From: Candidatus Latescibacterota bacterium
GTDB lineage: Bacteria; Latescibacterota; UBA2968; UBA8231
Assembly: GCA_965197905.1 (NCBI GenBank)
Contig: CBDAOB010000005.1
Coordinates: forward strand, 1,632,001-1,696,000
Direction of reading: 5' to 3'
Length of the DNA stretch: 64,000 nt
A program made the position numbers and the translations under genes. This document shows, in pieces, positions 11,019-20,438 of the stretch. The notes under the pieces were generated by a model that saw only the letters and a program-made list of their open reading frames with translations, made no database searches and was not told the DNA's origin. Each line of letters begins with the position of its first letter. Within the stretch, counting starts at the first letter, position 1.

Positions 11019-11792
11019 TTAACTCCGGAAACTGGTCGGATTATCCGTAGTATTATCGTCCTCTTGGCGACTCTCATTAGAAACCAAGGAGTCACCCTGC
11101 TCGCTTCCCCCTATTGCTTGCCCTGACGCTTCTTCTTCAATCACTTCTGCCACAACAGGTTCGGGCGAATCGCCAGCAAGCTCTGTTGTCCGCGAGCTGG
11201 ATTCGGAATCTTCTTCGCTTGCGGACACTGGTTCAGCTTGCGGCCGAGCGTCCACCTGATCTTCAACCTCAGACTCCGCGTCCTGAACAGGCTCCCCTGC
11301 CTCATCCGCGTCAGATTCGGTTTCCCCCTTCATTACATTGATCGCCTGGAACCCCTTGGCAGTTTTGGTCACCATAAATTCTACTCGGTCACCTTGTCCA
11401 AGGCTACGATCCCAGGATGAAATGTCGCGCCAGTGCACAAAGACATCGACGTTCCCTTCGGTGGAGATAAAACCGTACCCTTTGTCATTGTTGAACCATT
11501 TCACCGTTCCCTGTATCCACGAGTTCTCCGGCAGCGGATCGGATGAAGAGTCTTGAGGCGCCGAAGCTTCTCGTGGCGCAGGTGCCTCGGCTCTAGATTC
11601 GAATTCTGCGATCGCTTTTCTGAGCTCACTATTTGCTACATCCGCCTCAGAACTGCCCTCTAATAGCCACTCGAAACCAGTAATCAGGCCAACGACGTAC
11701 AGACTATCGGGACCGTACAGCTTCCTCGCATCCGCAATCTTCTTGGCAAGGGCGGTGATCATATCACTGCCAACCGAAAATGCGCCGTTCAA
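11019..11792 (-). CDS. Cold-shock-domain protein with N-terminal extension and long acidic tail
   Basis: [15 protein letters not shown]...DVFVH (RNP1/RNP2); TTG start preceded by GGAGG. Confidence 0.85.
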   Translation of the reverse strand: MNGAFSVGSDMITALAKKIADARKLYGPDSLYVVGLITGFEWLLEGSSEADVANSELRKAIAEFESRAEAPAPREASAPQDSSSDPLPENSWIQGTVKWFNNDKGYGFISTEGNVDVFVHWRDISSWDRSLGQGDRVEFMVTKTAKGFQAINVMKGETESDADEAGEPVQDAESEVEDQVDARPQAEPVSASEEDSESSSRTTELAGDSPEPVVAEVIEEEASGQAIGGSEQGDSLVSNESRQEDDNTTDNPTSFRS

Positions 11793-11814
11793 AAAGATTC
11801 CTCCTGTGTGGGCC

Positions 11815-13260
11815 CTATTGCGCCCGGTATCCCTTGATGCCCTGGTACACGGTTTGACCGCTGACCTTGGCGATTCCGGTAAGCGGCACGGCCACCAGCA
11901 TTCCAACTATGCCCATCAATTGGCTACCTACCATAACTACGAACAGCACCACGAGCGGGTGAAGATCCACATTCTTCGCGACGATGGTAGGCTGGATCAC
12001 GATATTGTCGATCAGCTGGACCAGCAAGAATACGACTATTACGTGCGTAACCAAACTCATCCCCCCCCCCGTTGCCAGAGCAACGATCGAACCGGTCAAT
12101 ATCCCGATCAACGGCCCAAGGTATGGAATCATGTTCGCGAGTCCTGCGATTATCCCGACGGGCACCGAATACGGCATGCCGATAATAGTCAATCCAACAA
12201 CTGAAAGTAAAGCGACCACCGACACAGCGAGAAGCTGACCACGAATGTAACCACCTATCTGACCGTTTATCTGGTACAGAAGATTCAAACATAGTTCGAA
12301 GTAGGAGTTTGGCACCAACTCGATCAGGCCGCGGGTGATCCTCCTCCCCTCTCGCAAGAAAAAGAACGCAACAAACGGGACGATAACAAGGAATGTAATT
12401 CCGGAGACCAACCCGCCGACGAAGCCAGACGTCCCGCCCAGCAACGTATCCGTCAAACTGCGGCCGTACTGTGTCACCAGATCTGCCAGATCGAGATCGG
12501 CGCCGATGTACGGTTGGATTTTGGGTTGGATCTCCTTCGCCTTATCCGAAATGTGGGAGATGATATTCGGTCCTGCGCGACCGAAATCGATTCCTCGCGC
12601 CGAAACGATGACTGTCTGCGCGCTGAGCTCATCCTCGTGCCCGCCCCTTTCCCAGAATTCGTAAGCAATCGATCCTTCAGCCAACGGTCTAGCATTGCCT
12701 CGCATCCGCAGCGCTACCTGGCGCTGCAGATTCGATACGGAAAACAGCAACACTGCCTGCGACGGGTTGGTATTCTTGGGGGCGAACGTGAACCGAAGCT
12801 GCTGCTTACCGCCAACGGCCAGGCTCAGAGGAAACTTGGTAGAGTCGACCAGGGCAAAGGTTCGATTCAGGTTGGAGCCGGTCCACCGGTAGTCGATGGT
12901 CTGCACGGATTTCCCCGTATTGGAAATGGCGATCTCCCGCTCGACGATCTCCTCCCGGAGAAACTGATCGCTGAGATCGATCATCTCGTCCGTCAGTTTT
13001 CCCCCCGCTTTGAACGCACCGAACGCCAGGCTTCCAACGACGGTTAGAAAGACAGTGACAATACTGATCGTTCGGTTGATCCCCCGACTCTCCATCCAAT
13101 CGATCAACGGTGCCAGTACATAGGCCAGGACGAACGCCAGGACGAACGGGGCGAGCACCCCCCGGATGGCGTAGAGGAACCAGATGGCGCACAACAGGCC
13201 GGCGACCCAGAGCACGATCTTTAGCTGGCGGCCTATAACGGTTGGTTTTTCCTGGTTCAT
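11815..13260 (-). CDS. AI-2E family transporter with an inserted soluble Ig-like domain
   Basis: PFVLAFVLAYVLAP, YIRGQ, NMIPYLGP, LHPLVVL motifs; ~140-aa hydrophilic insert. Confidence 0.88.
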   Translation of the reverse strand: MNQEKPTVIGRQLKIVLWVAGLLCAIWFLYAIRGVLAPFVLAFVLAYVLAPLIDWMESRGINRTISIVTVFLTVVGSLAFGAFKAGGKLTDEMIDLSDQFLREEIVEREIAISNTGKSVQTIDYRWTGSNLNRTFALVDSTKFPLSLAVGGKQQLRFTFAPKNTNPSQAVLLFSVSNLQRQVALRMRGNARPLAEGSIAYEFWERGGHEDELSAQTVIVSARGIDFGRAGPNIISHISDKAKEIQPKIQPYIGADLDLADLVTQYGRSLTDTLLGGTSGFVGGLVSGITFLVIVPFVAFFFLREGRRITRGLIELVPNSYFELCLNLLYQINGQIGGYIRGQLLAVSVVALLSVVGLTIIGMPYSVPVGIIAGLANMIPYLGPLIGILTGSIVALATGGGMSLVTHVIVVFLLVQLIDNIVIQPTIVAKNVDLHPLVVLFVVMVGSQLMGIVGMLVAVPLTGIAKVSGQTVYQGIKGYRAQ

Positions 13261-13284
13261 TATTGGCAGCCGTCCGGCTCCGGT

Positions 13285-13875
13285 TCACCCGGCATCGGGT
13301 CCCCCGTTCGAGGATTCTTCCATAGGAGGTTTTTCGTCTCCATTCCCGGCAAGGGCAAGCTCATCTGCCTTCGCACGGGCCTCCTTAAGAAGGCGGTTGG
13401 TATGCCGCAACCTGGCAGAAACCATTTGCGAGAGCCTCATGATGATCTTCAGCCCCAGTTGCGGGTTTTGTTCGATGAGTTCGAGAAGATCGGGCCGGAA
13501 AAAACCAACAGCCTTGCACGTTTGCACGGCAATCGCCGAGGCAGTTCGCGGCGACTCCTCATCCAAAAGCGCTTGTTCGCCGAAGAAATCTCCTTCGCCG
13601 AAGGTGGCGAGACGGAGGACTCCCCCCTCTTCTGACTTCTGGACGATCTCTACTTCGCCCGAAAGAATGGTGTACATCCCGACTCCCACCTCTCCCTCGC
13701 GCACGATCGCCTCGTCCGGAGCAAAACTTCGTCGGTGGAGAATTCCTTCAAGTTTCTGGAACTCCCGGCGGCTCAGATCCTGGAAAATGGGGATTTCCTT
13801 GAGAATCTGCGCCAATTCATCGCCGTCCTTCGTGCGCCGGCGGAAGAGATTGCTCCAGAATGGATCTTTAGCCAT
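13285..13875 (-). CDS. Cyclic nucleotide-binding domain protein
   Basis: IVREGEVG, SGEVEI, GDFFGEQALL, PRTASA; no HTH seen. Confidence 0.9.
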   Translation of the reverse strand: MAKDPFWSNLFRRRTKDGDELAQILKEIPIFQDLSRREFQKLEGILHRRSFAPDEAIVREGEVGVGMYTILSGEVEIVQKSEEGGVLRLATFGEGDFFGEQALLDEESPRTASAIAVQTCKAVGFFRPDLLELIEQNPQLGLKIIMRLSQMVSARLRHTNRLLKEARAKADELALAGNGDEKPPMEESSNGGPDAG

Positions 13876-13903
13876 GAACCTTGCGAATCAGGCTAGATGG
13901 TTG

Positions 13904-13937
13904 AAAAAAAAAGACTCCTCATGAGAATGAAAGAGTC
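13904..13937 (-). terminator. Rho-independent terminator after trxA
   Basis: Minus strand GACTCTTTCAT-loop-ATGAGGAGTC followed by T9. Confidence 0.7.
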
Positions 13938-13973
13938 GTTTTTCGGTGCCGCCTGGTGCTGGATCAGCGCCTG

Positions 13974-14312
13974 CTAAGTGGTCAAGGCGGCGTCCAGCTT
14001 TTCAGCGATCTGCTCCTTTGGAATCGCCCCAATCACCTGATCGGAGACCTTTCCCCCCTTAAAGATCAACAACGTCGGAATGCTGCGAATTCCAAACTCC
14101 ATGGCGGTTTTCTGGGCAGCATCTACATCTAGCTTGGCAATTTTTGCCTTGCCATCGTATTCAGTCGCCAACTCCTCTACGATTGGAGCGACCATGCGGC
14201 AGGGACCGCACCAGGCAGCCCAAAAATCGACCAGCACCGGCAATTGCGAGTCCAGCACTTCCTCCGAGAAGTTGTCGTCAGTGAGTGCGATCGGAGCGCT
14301 CATTGAAGCCAC
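13974..14312 (-). CDS. trxA: Thioredoxin
   Basis: DFWAAWCGPC, IRSIPTL. Confidence 0.97.
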   Translation of the reverse strand: MASMSAPIALTDDNFSEEVLDSQLPVLVDFWAAWCGPCRMVAPIVEELATEYDGKAKIAKLDVDAAQKTAMEFGIRSIPTLLIFKGGKVSDQVIGAIPKEQIAEKLDAALTT

Positions 14313-14380
14313 ATCTCCTTACATAACTAGAATTTTTTCAAGATGTTACCGCCAAATGAATCGAGCCCAATATAATCACC

Positions 14381-15418
14381 TCAAAATGTTCTGTCAACCC
14401 GATCCCGACCCGTCGCAGAGCAGAGCTTGTGCACCAGTAGGTCCAGAACTACGGCTTCGAAATGCCGCCCTTTGGACTTCAGCTGCACATCCGCTGCCAG
14501 CATCGCGCTCAATCCGTTCCACAGCTCTTCCCGAGAAAAATTTCGTTCCTGCGCGACATATTTCCCCACGAAATAGGGAGAAATTCCCAACTCAGAGGCA
14601 AGTTGCGCCTGGGATCTCCTGCGGGCAATCAGCTCCTTGGTGTTGAGCAGGAGCTGGAAATGGCGCTGAATCATGGCGAGCGCGAACGAAACCTCCGAAC
14701 CGTCGCGCAGAAAGGATCGCACGAGTTGGATGGCGCGCTGATAATCCCGGGTGCCAATTTGATCTGTAAGCTCGAATACGCTGGTTTCGCGACGCTGGCT
14801 GGCCGACCTTTCCACATCCTCACGGCTGATGTTCTTGTCGTTGACGGCGATCTTGTCGAGTTCGGTCGCCAACTCCCGGAGATTTGCCCCATTATATAGA
14901 ACCAGAAGGTCCGCGGCCTCCGGGTCCAGGCCAATACCCTGGTCGCGGGCAAACTGCAGCAGCCAGGGCCGCACCTGATTCTCGTAGGGAACGCGGAAGC
15001 GGGCGGCGAATCCCAGACGGGACATCTGCGCGAAGACTCGCCTTCGCATGTCGAGTTTGGCACCCACCGCAATCAGGATCGATGATTCTGCCGGAGCGTC
15101 AAGTACGACCTCGAGCTCCTTGCATTGGGCCGGCGACAGCCGCTCACAGCGCTTCAAAACGATCACGCGGCGATCGCTCATCATAGGGTAGGAATAATAC
15201 GCCTGCGTCACCTCTTCGAGGTTCAAGGCATAGGCAAAGAATCTATCGAGATTGAAATCCGGGGCCTGATCAGGGGTGAGTTTTGAAACCAGATGATCCG
15301 CCGCCCGGTCGCGAGTAAAACCCTCCTCGCCATGGAGCAGGTAGTAGGATCGCACGCGTCCGGAATCCAGTTCCGCACGGACTGCGGATTCGCCGGCTGG
15401 CTCAGACTTCCTGGCCAC
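14381..15418 (-). CDS. holA: DNA polymerase III delta subunit
   Basis: YLLHGEE, PMMSDRRVIV, ELDKI, SVFELTD; GTG start after GAGGAG. Confidence 0.9.
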   Translation of the reverse strand: MARKSEPAGESAVRAELDSGRVRSYYLLHGEEGFTRDRAADHLVSKLTPDQAPDFNLDRFFAYALNLEEVTQAYYSYPMMSDRRVIVLKRCERLSPAQCKELEVVLDAPAESSILIAVGAKLDMRRRVFAQMSRLGFAARFRVPYENQVRPWLLQFARDQGIGLDPEAADLLVLYNGANLRELATELDKIAVNDKNISREDVERSASQRRETSVFELTDQIGTRDYQRAIQLVRSFLRDGSEVSFALAMIQRHFQLLLNTKELIARRRSQAQLASELGISPYFVGKYVAQERNFSREELWNGLSAMLAADVQLKSKGRHFEAVVLDLLVHKLCSATGRDRVDRTF

Positions 15419-15605
15419 GCTCCTCTTCTCCCGGGGTCGGCTCACAATCGCTGAACTCGGCGTCCTCGATATCGTCCCGCGGCACGCGCGAAACGTCGTT
15501 TTTGCGCTCTCCACCGATTACTCGCGATGCGGGATTGCCCCACGCTGCTCTGCAGAGTTGGTAGAGCAGAAAGCCGACGACTAGAAGCAGAACAACCTTC
15601 AACAT
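15402..15605 (-). CDS. Small membrane-anchored hypothetical protein
   Basis: N-terminal hydrophobic helix, C-terminal DIEDAEF motif; fills the purM-holA gap in operon orientation. Confidence 0.6.
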   Translation of the reverse strand: MLKVVLLLVVGFLLYQLCRAAWGNPASRVIGGERKNDVSRVPRDDIEDAEFSDCEPTPGEEERGQEV

Positions 15606-15621
15606 GGCGGTATCAGCAGGG

Positions 15622-16668
15622 TCAGCGCAGCAACACGACGGGCGGTGCCCCGTCTTCGACGTGCCCGATTCGAAACGCCGTTTCTCCGAAGTCTGTCAAC
15701 GATTCCAAAGCTTTCTCCGTCTCATCCTTGGAAACGACAACGATCATGCCGATGCCCATATTGAAGACGTGATACATCTCCCGCTCGCCGATCTTTCCAA
15801 GCTTTTCGACAAGACGAAAAATCGCCGGAATCTCCCAGCTACTCGAGTCAATCCGAGCCCCTAGGTTTTGCGGCAGTACGCGGGGGATATTGTCCCACAG
15901 GCCCCCTCCCGTGACGTGGACCAGACCTTTGACATTTACCAGCCCCAGCAGGTGGTGAATGACGTTCACGTACGGCCTGTGGATTCGCAACAGTTCGTCG
16001 GCAATCGTCGTGGCTTCCCCCGTTTCTTGCTCGAACGGTGTCTCGAGTTCGAGACCGGCTTCACCGAACAACACCTTTCGAGCAAGCGTGTAGCCGTTGG
16101 TGTGCATGCCGTTTGATGCCAGACCGATCAATTGGTCCCCGGCGGCAATGGCCGAACCGTCGATGATCTTGGCGCTATCCACGATGCCGACAATGCTCCC
16201 AGCCAGGTCGTACTCGCCTTCGTTGTAGAATTCGGACAGCTCGGCAGTCTCTCCCCCGATGAGTGAACAACCAACCTCACTACATCCTCGGGCAACCCCA
16301 CCCACCAAAGCCTTTACGACCTCTGGGTCGTGACTGCCCAGCCCCAGGTAGTCCATGAAGAACAGCGGGCGCGCGCCCTGAACCAGGATATCGTTGGCAC
16401 AGTGGAAAACGATGTCCATGCCAACGGAATCGTGGATCCCGCTGGCGAAGGCGATCTTGAGCTTGGAGCCGACGCTGTCGACGCTGGACACCAAAATGGG
16501 ATCATCGTATTCCTTCCACGGAGGTCGAAACAGTCCCCCGAACCCACCCAGTTCGCCGATCACCCCATCGCCATGGGAAGCGCGCACTAGTTCCCTCAAC
16601 TGCAGCTTTGTTTCGTTTGCTCGCTCGATATCCACACCTGCGACTGCGTAGGCGTCTTTGCGAACCAT
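15622..16668 (-). CDS. purM: Phosphoribosylformylglycinamidine cyclo-ligase
   Basis: YAVAGVDI, GGFGG, DSVGSKL, GGETAE, HVTGGG, VFNMGIG. Confidence 0.97.
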   Translation of the reverse strand: MVRKDAYAVAGVDIERANETKLQLRELVRASHGDGVIGELGGFGGLFRPPWKEYDDPILVSSVDSVGSKLKIAFASGIHDSVGMDIVFHCANDILVQGARPLFFMDYLGLGSHDPEVVKALVGGVARGCSEVGCSLIGGETAELSEFYNEGEYDLAGSIVGIVDSAKIIDGSAIAAGDQLIGLASNGMHTNGYTLARKVLFGEAGLELETPFEQETGEATTIADELLRIHRPYVNVIHHLLGLVNVKGLVHVTGGGLWDNIPRVLPQNLGARIDSSSWEIPAIFRLVEKLGKIGEREMYHVFNMGIGMIVVVSKDETEKALESLTDFGETAFRIGHVEDGAPPVVLLR

Positions 16669-16809
16669 TGGCTGAACCTAACGAGGAGATTGGTGTACGG
16701 AGAGAATGAAATAATAGAAGGTGCCAATGGGTCCGTCAATCAACTTCATTGACCACCCCGGTTGGGCCTCATACCTTCTTCCACCCTCCTCAACAACGGT
16801 GTACCGTCG

Positions 16810-17930
16810 GTGAATCTCACCTCAATTCGCAGGGCGTTTCCCATCTCAGACCGATGGATCTACATGAACCACGCCGCGGTCGCCCCGCTGTCGCGACCGG
16901 CCGCGGACGCGATGGGCGCATTCGCTCAGGATGCGGCGCAGAACTCCATGGCCCACTACGACGAATGGAACGAGATGGTGCGAACAGCACGCCACAGTGT
17001 TGCACGCCTGATCGGCGCCAGTGGCGAAGAGATCGCGTTCTTGAAGAACACTACCGACGGTATCATCGCCGTTGCGGAAGGCCTCGACTGGCGCACCGGC
17101 GACAACGTGGTATTGGCTTCCTGCGAGTTCCCCGCCAACGTCTACCCCTGGAAGAATCTGGCATCCAAGGGAGTGGAGATTCATTGGGTCGACGAAGCCG
17201 ATGGGCGGCTCTCGCTCGAAGCCTACGGTGCGGCAATCGATGACCGCACTCGAGTGGTCTCGGCCAGCGCCGTCCAGTTCCACTCCGGCTTCAGGAACGA
17301 CCTGGCCGGACTGTCGAAAATATGCAAGCAGCACGGGGCACTCTTCGTAGTGGATGGCATCCAGAGTGTGGGGGCCCTGCCCATGGATGTGGAGGCGCAG
17401 GGCATCGATTTCCTGGCAGCCGACGGTCACAAGTGGATGTTGGGTCCCGAAGGATGTGCTCTGTTCTACTGCTCCACCAACGTGCTCGAATCGATACGGG
17501 TGGCATCCTTGGGGTGGGCCAGCTCAGCGATGCGGACTTCTTTAACTATGACACGACCCTGCACGGAGATGCTCGGCGCTTCGAGACCGGCACCCTCAAC
17601 ACGATTGGCATCGCCGGTCTGAAGGTCGCCGCCGAACTGCTGTTGGAGGTCGGTATCGAGCAGGTAAGCGAACGCATTTTACATTTGACTGATTCGCTGT
17701 GCGACGGACTCTCCGATCTCGATTTCAATATTCTGACGCCGAGGAGTCCGGGCGAAAAATCGGGCATCGTCACCTTCACGAGGAAGGGGTGGGATCTTGG
17801 GTCGGTGGAAAAACTCCTCATAGACCGCAGGATCATCGCCACTGCCCGCAACGGCTGCGTACGCCTGTCTCCGCATTTCTACAATTCGGACGAAGAGATC
17901 GACGAGGTGTTGTCCGCTCTTGCACCGTAA
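16810..17930 (+). CDS. Class V PLP-dependent aminotransferase (cysteine desulfurase-like); one-base frameshift near 17523
   Basis: YMNHAAVAP, VDGIQSVG, DGHKWMLGP in the first frame; DARRFETGT...RLSPHFYN in the second frame. Confidence 0.88.
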
Positions 17931-17939
17931 ACAGCGGGA

Positions 17940-18806
17940 CTAATCCAAACCCCTGCGATTCTCTCGCAGGAGTCTGCCGTTCAATTCGCCGCCTAGCAGC
18001 AGCACGAATGACACCAGATAGGCCGACAGCAGTAGTACGATCACGGCACCCAGCACGCCATATACCACGTTGTAGTAGCTAAAATTCTGGACGAAAAAGG
18101 CGAACCCGTAGGCGATTGCCGACCAGAGGGCAACGAACAACAGGCTCCCCGGCAGCACATCCGACCATCGCTGTTCGATATTGGGCCCGATTCTGTAGAT
18201 ACAAGCCGCCGCGACGATGGTCCCTCCGATGCCCGCCGTGGGTCGCAGGATTCCCGCCAACGAAGGAAAGCTCCTGGTCAGATCCCAGTGGGCGTGAAGC
18301 CAGTTTTCCACTTGGGCGCTGAACACGATCAGGTTGAACAGAAACACCAGGGACAACCCGCCACTTACCAACAAGACGATGGAAAGCGCACGTTTCTGCC
18401 AAAACGGCCGCAACTCCTCAGCACCATAGGCACGGTTCAACGCACTCATGGTGGTTGACATGCTGGCGGAGGCAGGCCAAATAACACCAAGAATTCCCAC
18501 GAAGAACAGGCTCTGGGACGAATCCCAGACATGCTGGATGTTCTCTTCGACGACGATGAGCAGCGGAGCGGGAAGGATGAGGCCGAAATCCTCAAGTAGA
18601 GTCTTGAAATCTTCCGGCGATATCTCGGATATGCCCAATAGAGCGGTGAGCACCAGAATGCCGGGAAAAGTGGCAAAGACGAAATCGAACGCCATTGCCG
18701 CAGCGGCATCGGTAATGTCGTGGCGATACGCTGCAGCAACCGTATCCTTGAATACCGATCCCCAGGGGCGGCGCAGGTAGTTCAATAGGCCGGACGTCAC
18801 TGCCAA
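17940..18806 (-). CDS. YihY/BrkB family membrane protein
   Basis: AAAMAF, ALNRAYG, VVYGVLGAVIVLL, LLGGELN. Confidence 0.9.
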   Translation of the reverse strand: MAVTSGLLNYLRRPWGSVFKDTVAAAYRHDITDAAAAMAFDFVFATFPGILVLTALLGISEISPEDFKTLLEDFGLILPAPLLIVVEENIQHVWDSSQSLFFVGILGVIWPASASMSTTMSALNRAYGAEELRPFWQKRALSIVLLVSGGLSLVFLFNLIVFSAQVENWLHAHWDLTRSFPSLAGILRPTAGIGGTIVAAACIYRIGPNIEQRWSDVLPGSLLFVALWSAIAYGFAFFVQNFSYYNVVYGVLGAVIVLLLSAYLVSFVLLLGGELNGRLLRENRRGLD

Positions 18807-18812
18807 TCGACC

Positions 18813-19580
18813 TCAGCGAAGATGGTCTGTGACCTCCTTATACAGGTGCCCGTTGGTCGACACCGCGTTCTTACCGTAGATGGTCGCCGTCCCTTCCCAA
18901 TCGGTGAAGGTGCCGCCCGCTTCCTCCAGAATAGGTAGCAGGGGACCGCAATCCCAGGGGCTCATGACCGGATCGAAACTCGCGTCAGCCCTGCCCGTGG
19001 CCACCAGGATGTGCCCGTAACAATCGCCCCAGCCTCTCACGATTCGCGCACTAGTGGCCAACCGTTCCCAGCGATGGCCGCAACCTTGCTCGGTAAACGC
19101 GGTGGATTCCGTATAACAAAGACATGCCTGAGAAAGCTCACTCACGTTGGAAACACGCGCACGCCGGCCGTTCCACCAGCACCCTTCGCCTTTGGCCACC
19201 CAGACCATTTCTCCCAGTGCGGGCATATGGACGACCCCCACCTGGACCCCTTCGGGGTCTTCGAAAGCGAGAAGCACCCCGTAAAGCGGAACCCCGTGCA
19301 CGAAGGATTTTGTGCCGTCAATCGGATCGACGATCCAGGAACACCCGGAGCTGCTTTCTACGTCGTCGAATTCCTCGCCAACAATACCGTCCTTCGGGTA
19401 GGCGCGTCCGATCATCTTCCGGATCTTCTGCTCCGACTCGCGGTCTGCTTCGGTCACGGGCGACTGGTCAGCTTTCCAATCCGGCTCCAAGCCCGTCTGA
19501 AAACGACTCAAGGTCGACTTACCCGCTTGATAGGCCACCTCAAGCGCAAACTCCATTCGCTGCGGAATGGTATCTACCAT
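18813..19580 (-). CDS. hisN: Histidinol-phosphatase, inositol monophosphatase family
   Basis: KADQSPVTEAD, GEEF, WIVDPIDGTKSF, GDCYG, PWD. Confidence 0.82.
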   Translation of the reverse strand: MVDTIPQRMEFALEVAYQAGKSTLSRFQTGLEPDWKADQSPVTEADRESEQKIRKMIGRAYPKDGIVGEEFDDVESSSGCSWIVDPIDGTKSFVHGVPLYGVLLAFEDPEGVQVGVVHMPALGEMVWVAKGEGCWWNGRRARVSNVSELSQACLCYTESTAFTEQGCGHRWERLATSARIVRGWGDCYGHILVATGRADASFDPVMSPWDCGPLLPILEEAGGTFTDWEGTATIYGKNAVSTNGHLYKEVTDHLR

Positions 19581-20438
19581 TCAAGCTCCGAGAATCTTGC
19601 CCCGCAAGTGCACCAGCAGCTGGAGAGCCTGCTCGATGTCTGTCTTCTGATCGGCGGAATACTCCCGCTCCACCGTCAACGGTCCATGGTACCCCAGCTC
19701 GTTCAGCTTGTGGAGAAACCGTTCGATGTCCACGTCGCCGCTGCCCAGCGGTGCATCTGCGTGCCATGGTTGTCCCTGCTCGCGGAGCTTCTTTGCGTCC
19801 TTGCAGTGGACGCTTTTCACGTGTCCACCGATCAACTCCAGGGCTTCGAGCGGTTCACCGGAACCGTAAAGGATCATGTTCGCCGGATCGAAGTTCACCG
19901 CCAGGTTCTCTCGTCCGACGGCGTTGATGAACTCGAGCAGCTCGCTGGCCGTTTCCTGGCCAGTCTCCAGGTTGAAGGTCTGACCCATGCTTGCGCAGTG
20001 GTCGCAGATCTCTCGCGCCGCGGCGACGACCGCGGCAAACTCCGGGTCCCGGGTATTTGACGGAACGAACCCAAAGTGCATGCCGATGGCGCCAACGCCG
20101 AGTTCGGCGGCAAAGTCGGCTATTTCCAGGGTCTCCTTCAACCTCGCAGGTCGTCGGCCGCTGGGTACCAGACCGACCGTTTCGATGACGGATTCGACAG
20201 TGCTGTAGTCATCTTCCGGAAAACCGACGAAGACGACAGTGATTTCAATATTTGCCGCAGCAAAATCCCGCTTGATCTCTTGCGTCCGAGATCTGATCCT
20301 TTGATCAGGTTGTGGCGCATGCAGGTGAACGGTGGGCACGCTCAGTGCGTTCACGGCATCCAGATCGGCCCCGAGTCCGGAGCCGATCGATGTAAATATC
20401 CCGGTCGCCCATTTATCCATACGCTCAGTCCCGATCAA
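19581..20438 (-). CDS. Sugar phosphate isomerase/epimerase (xylose isomerase-like TIM barrel)
   Basis: LETGQE, NFDPANMILYG, HCKD, LTVERE. Confidence 0.88.
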   Translation of the reverse strand: MIGTERMDKWATGIFTSIGSGLGADLDAVNALSVPTVHLHAPQPDQRIRSRTQEIKRDFAAANIEITVVFVGFPEDDYSTVESVIETVGLVPSGRRPARLKETLEIADFAAELGVGAIGMHFGFVPSNTRDPEFAAVVAAAREICDHCASMGQTFNLETGQETASELLEFINAVGRENLAVNFDPANMILYGSGEPLEALELIGGHVKSVHCKDAKKLREQGQPWHADAPLGSGDVDIERFLHKLNELGYHGPLTVEREYSADQKTDIEQALQLLVHLRGKILGA

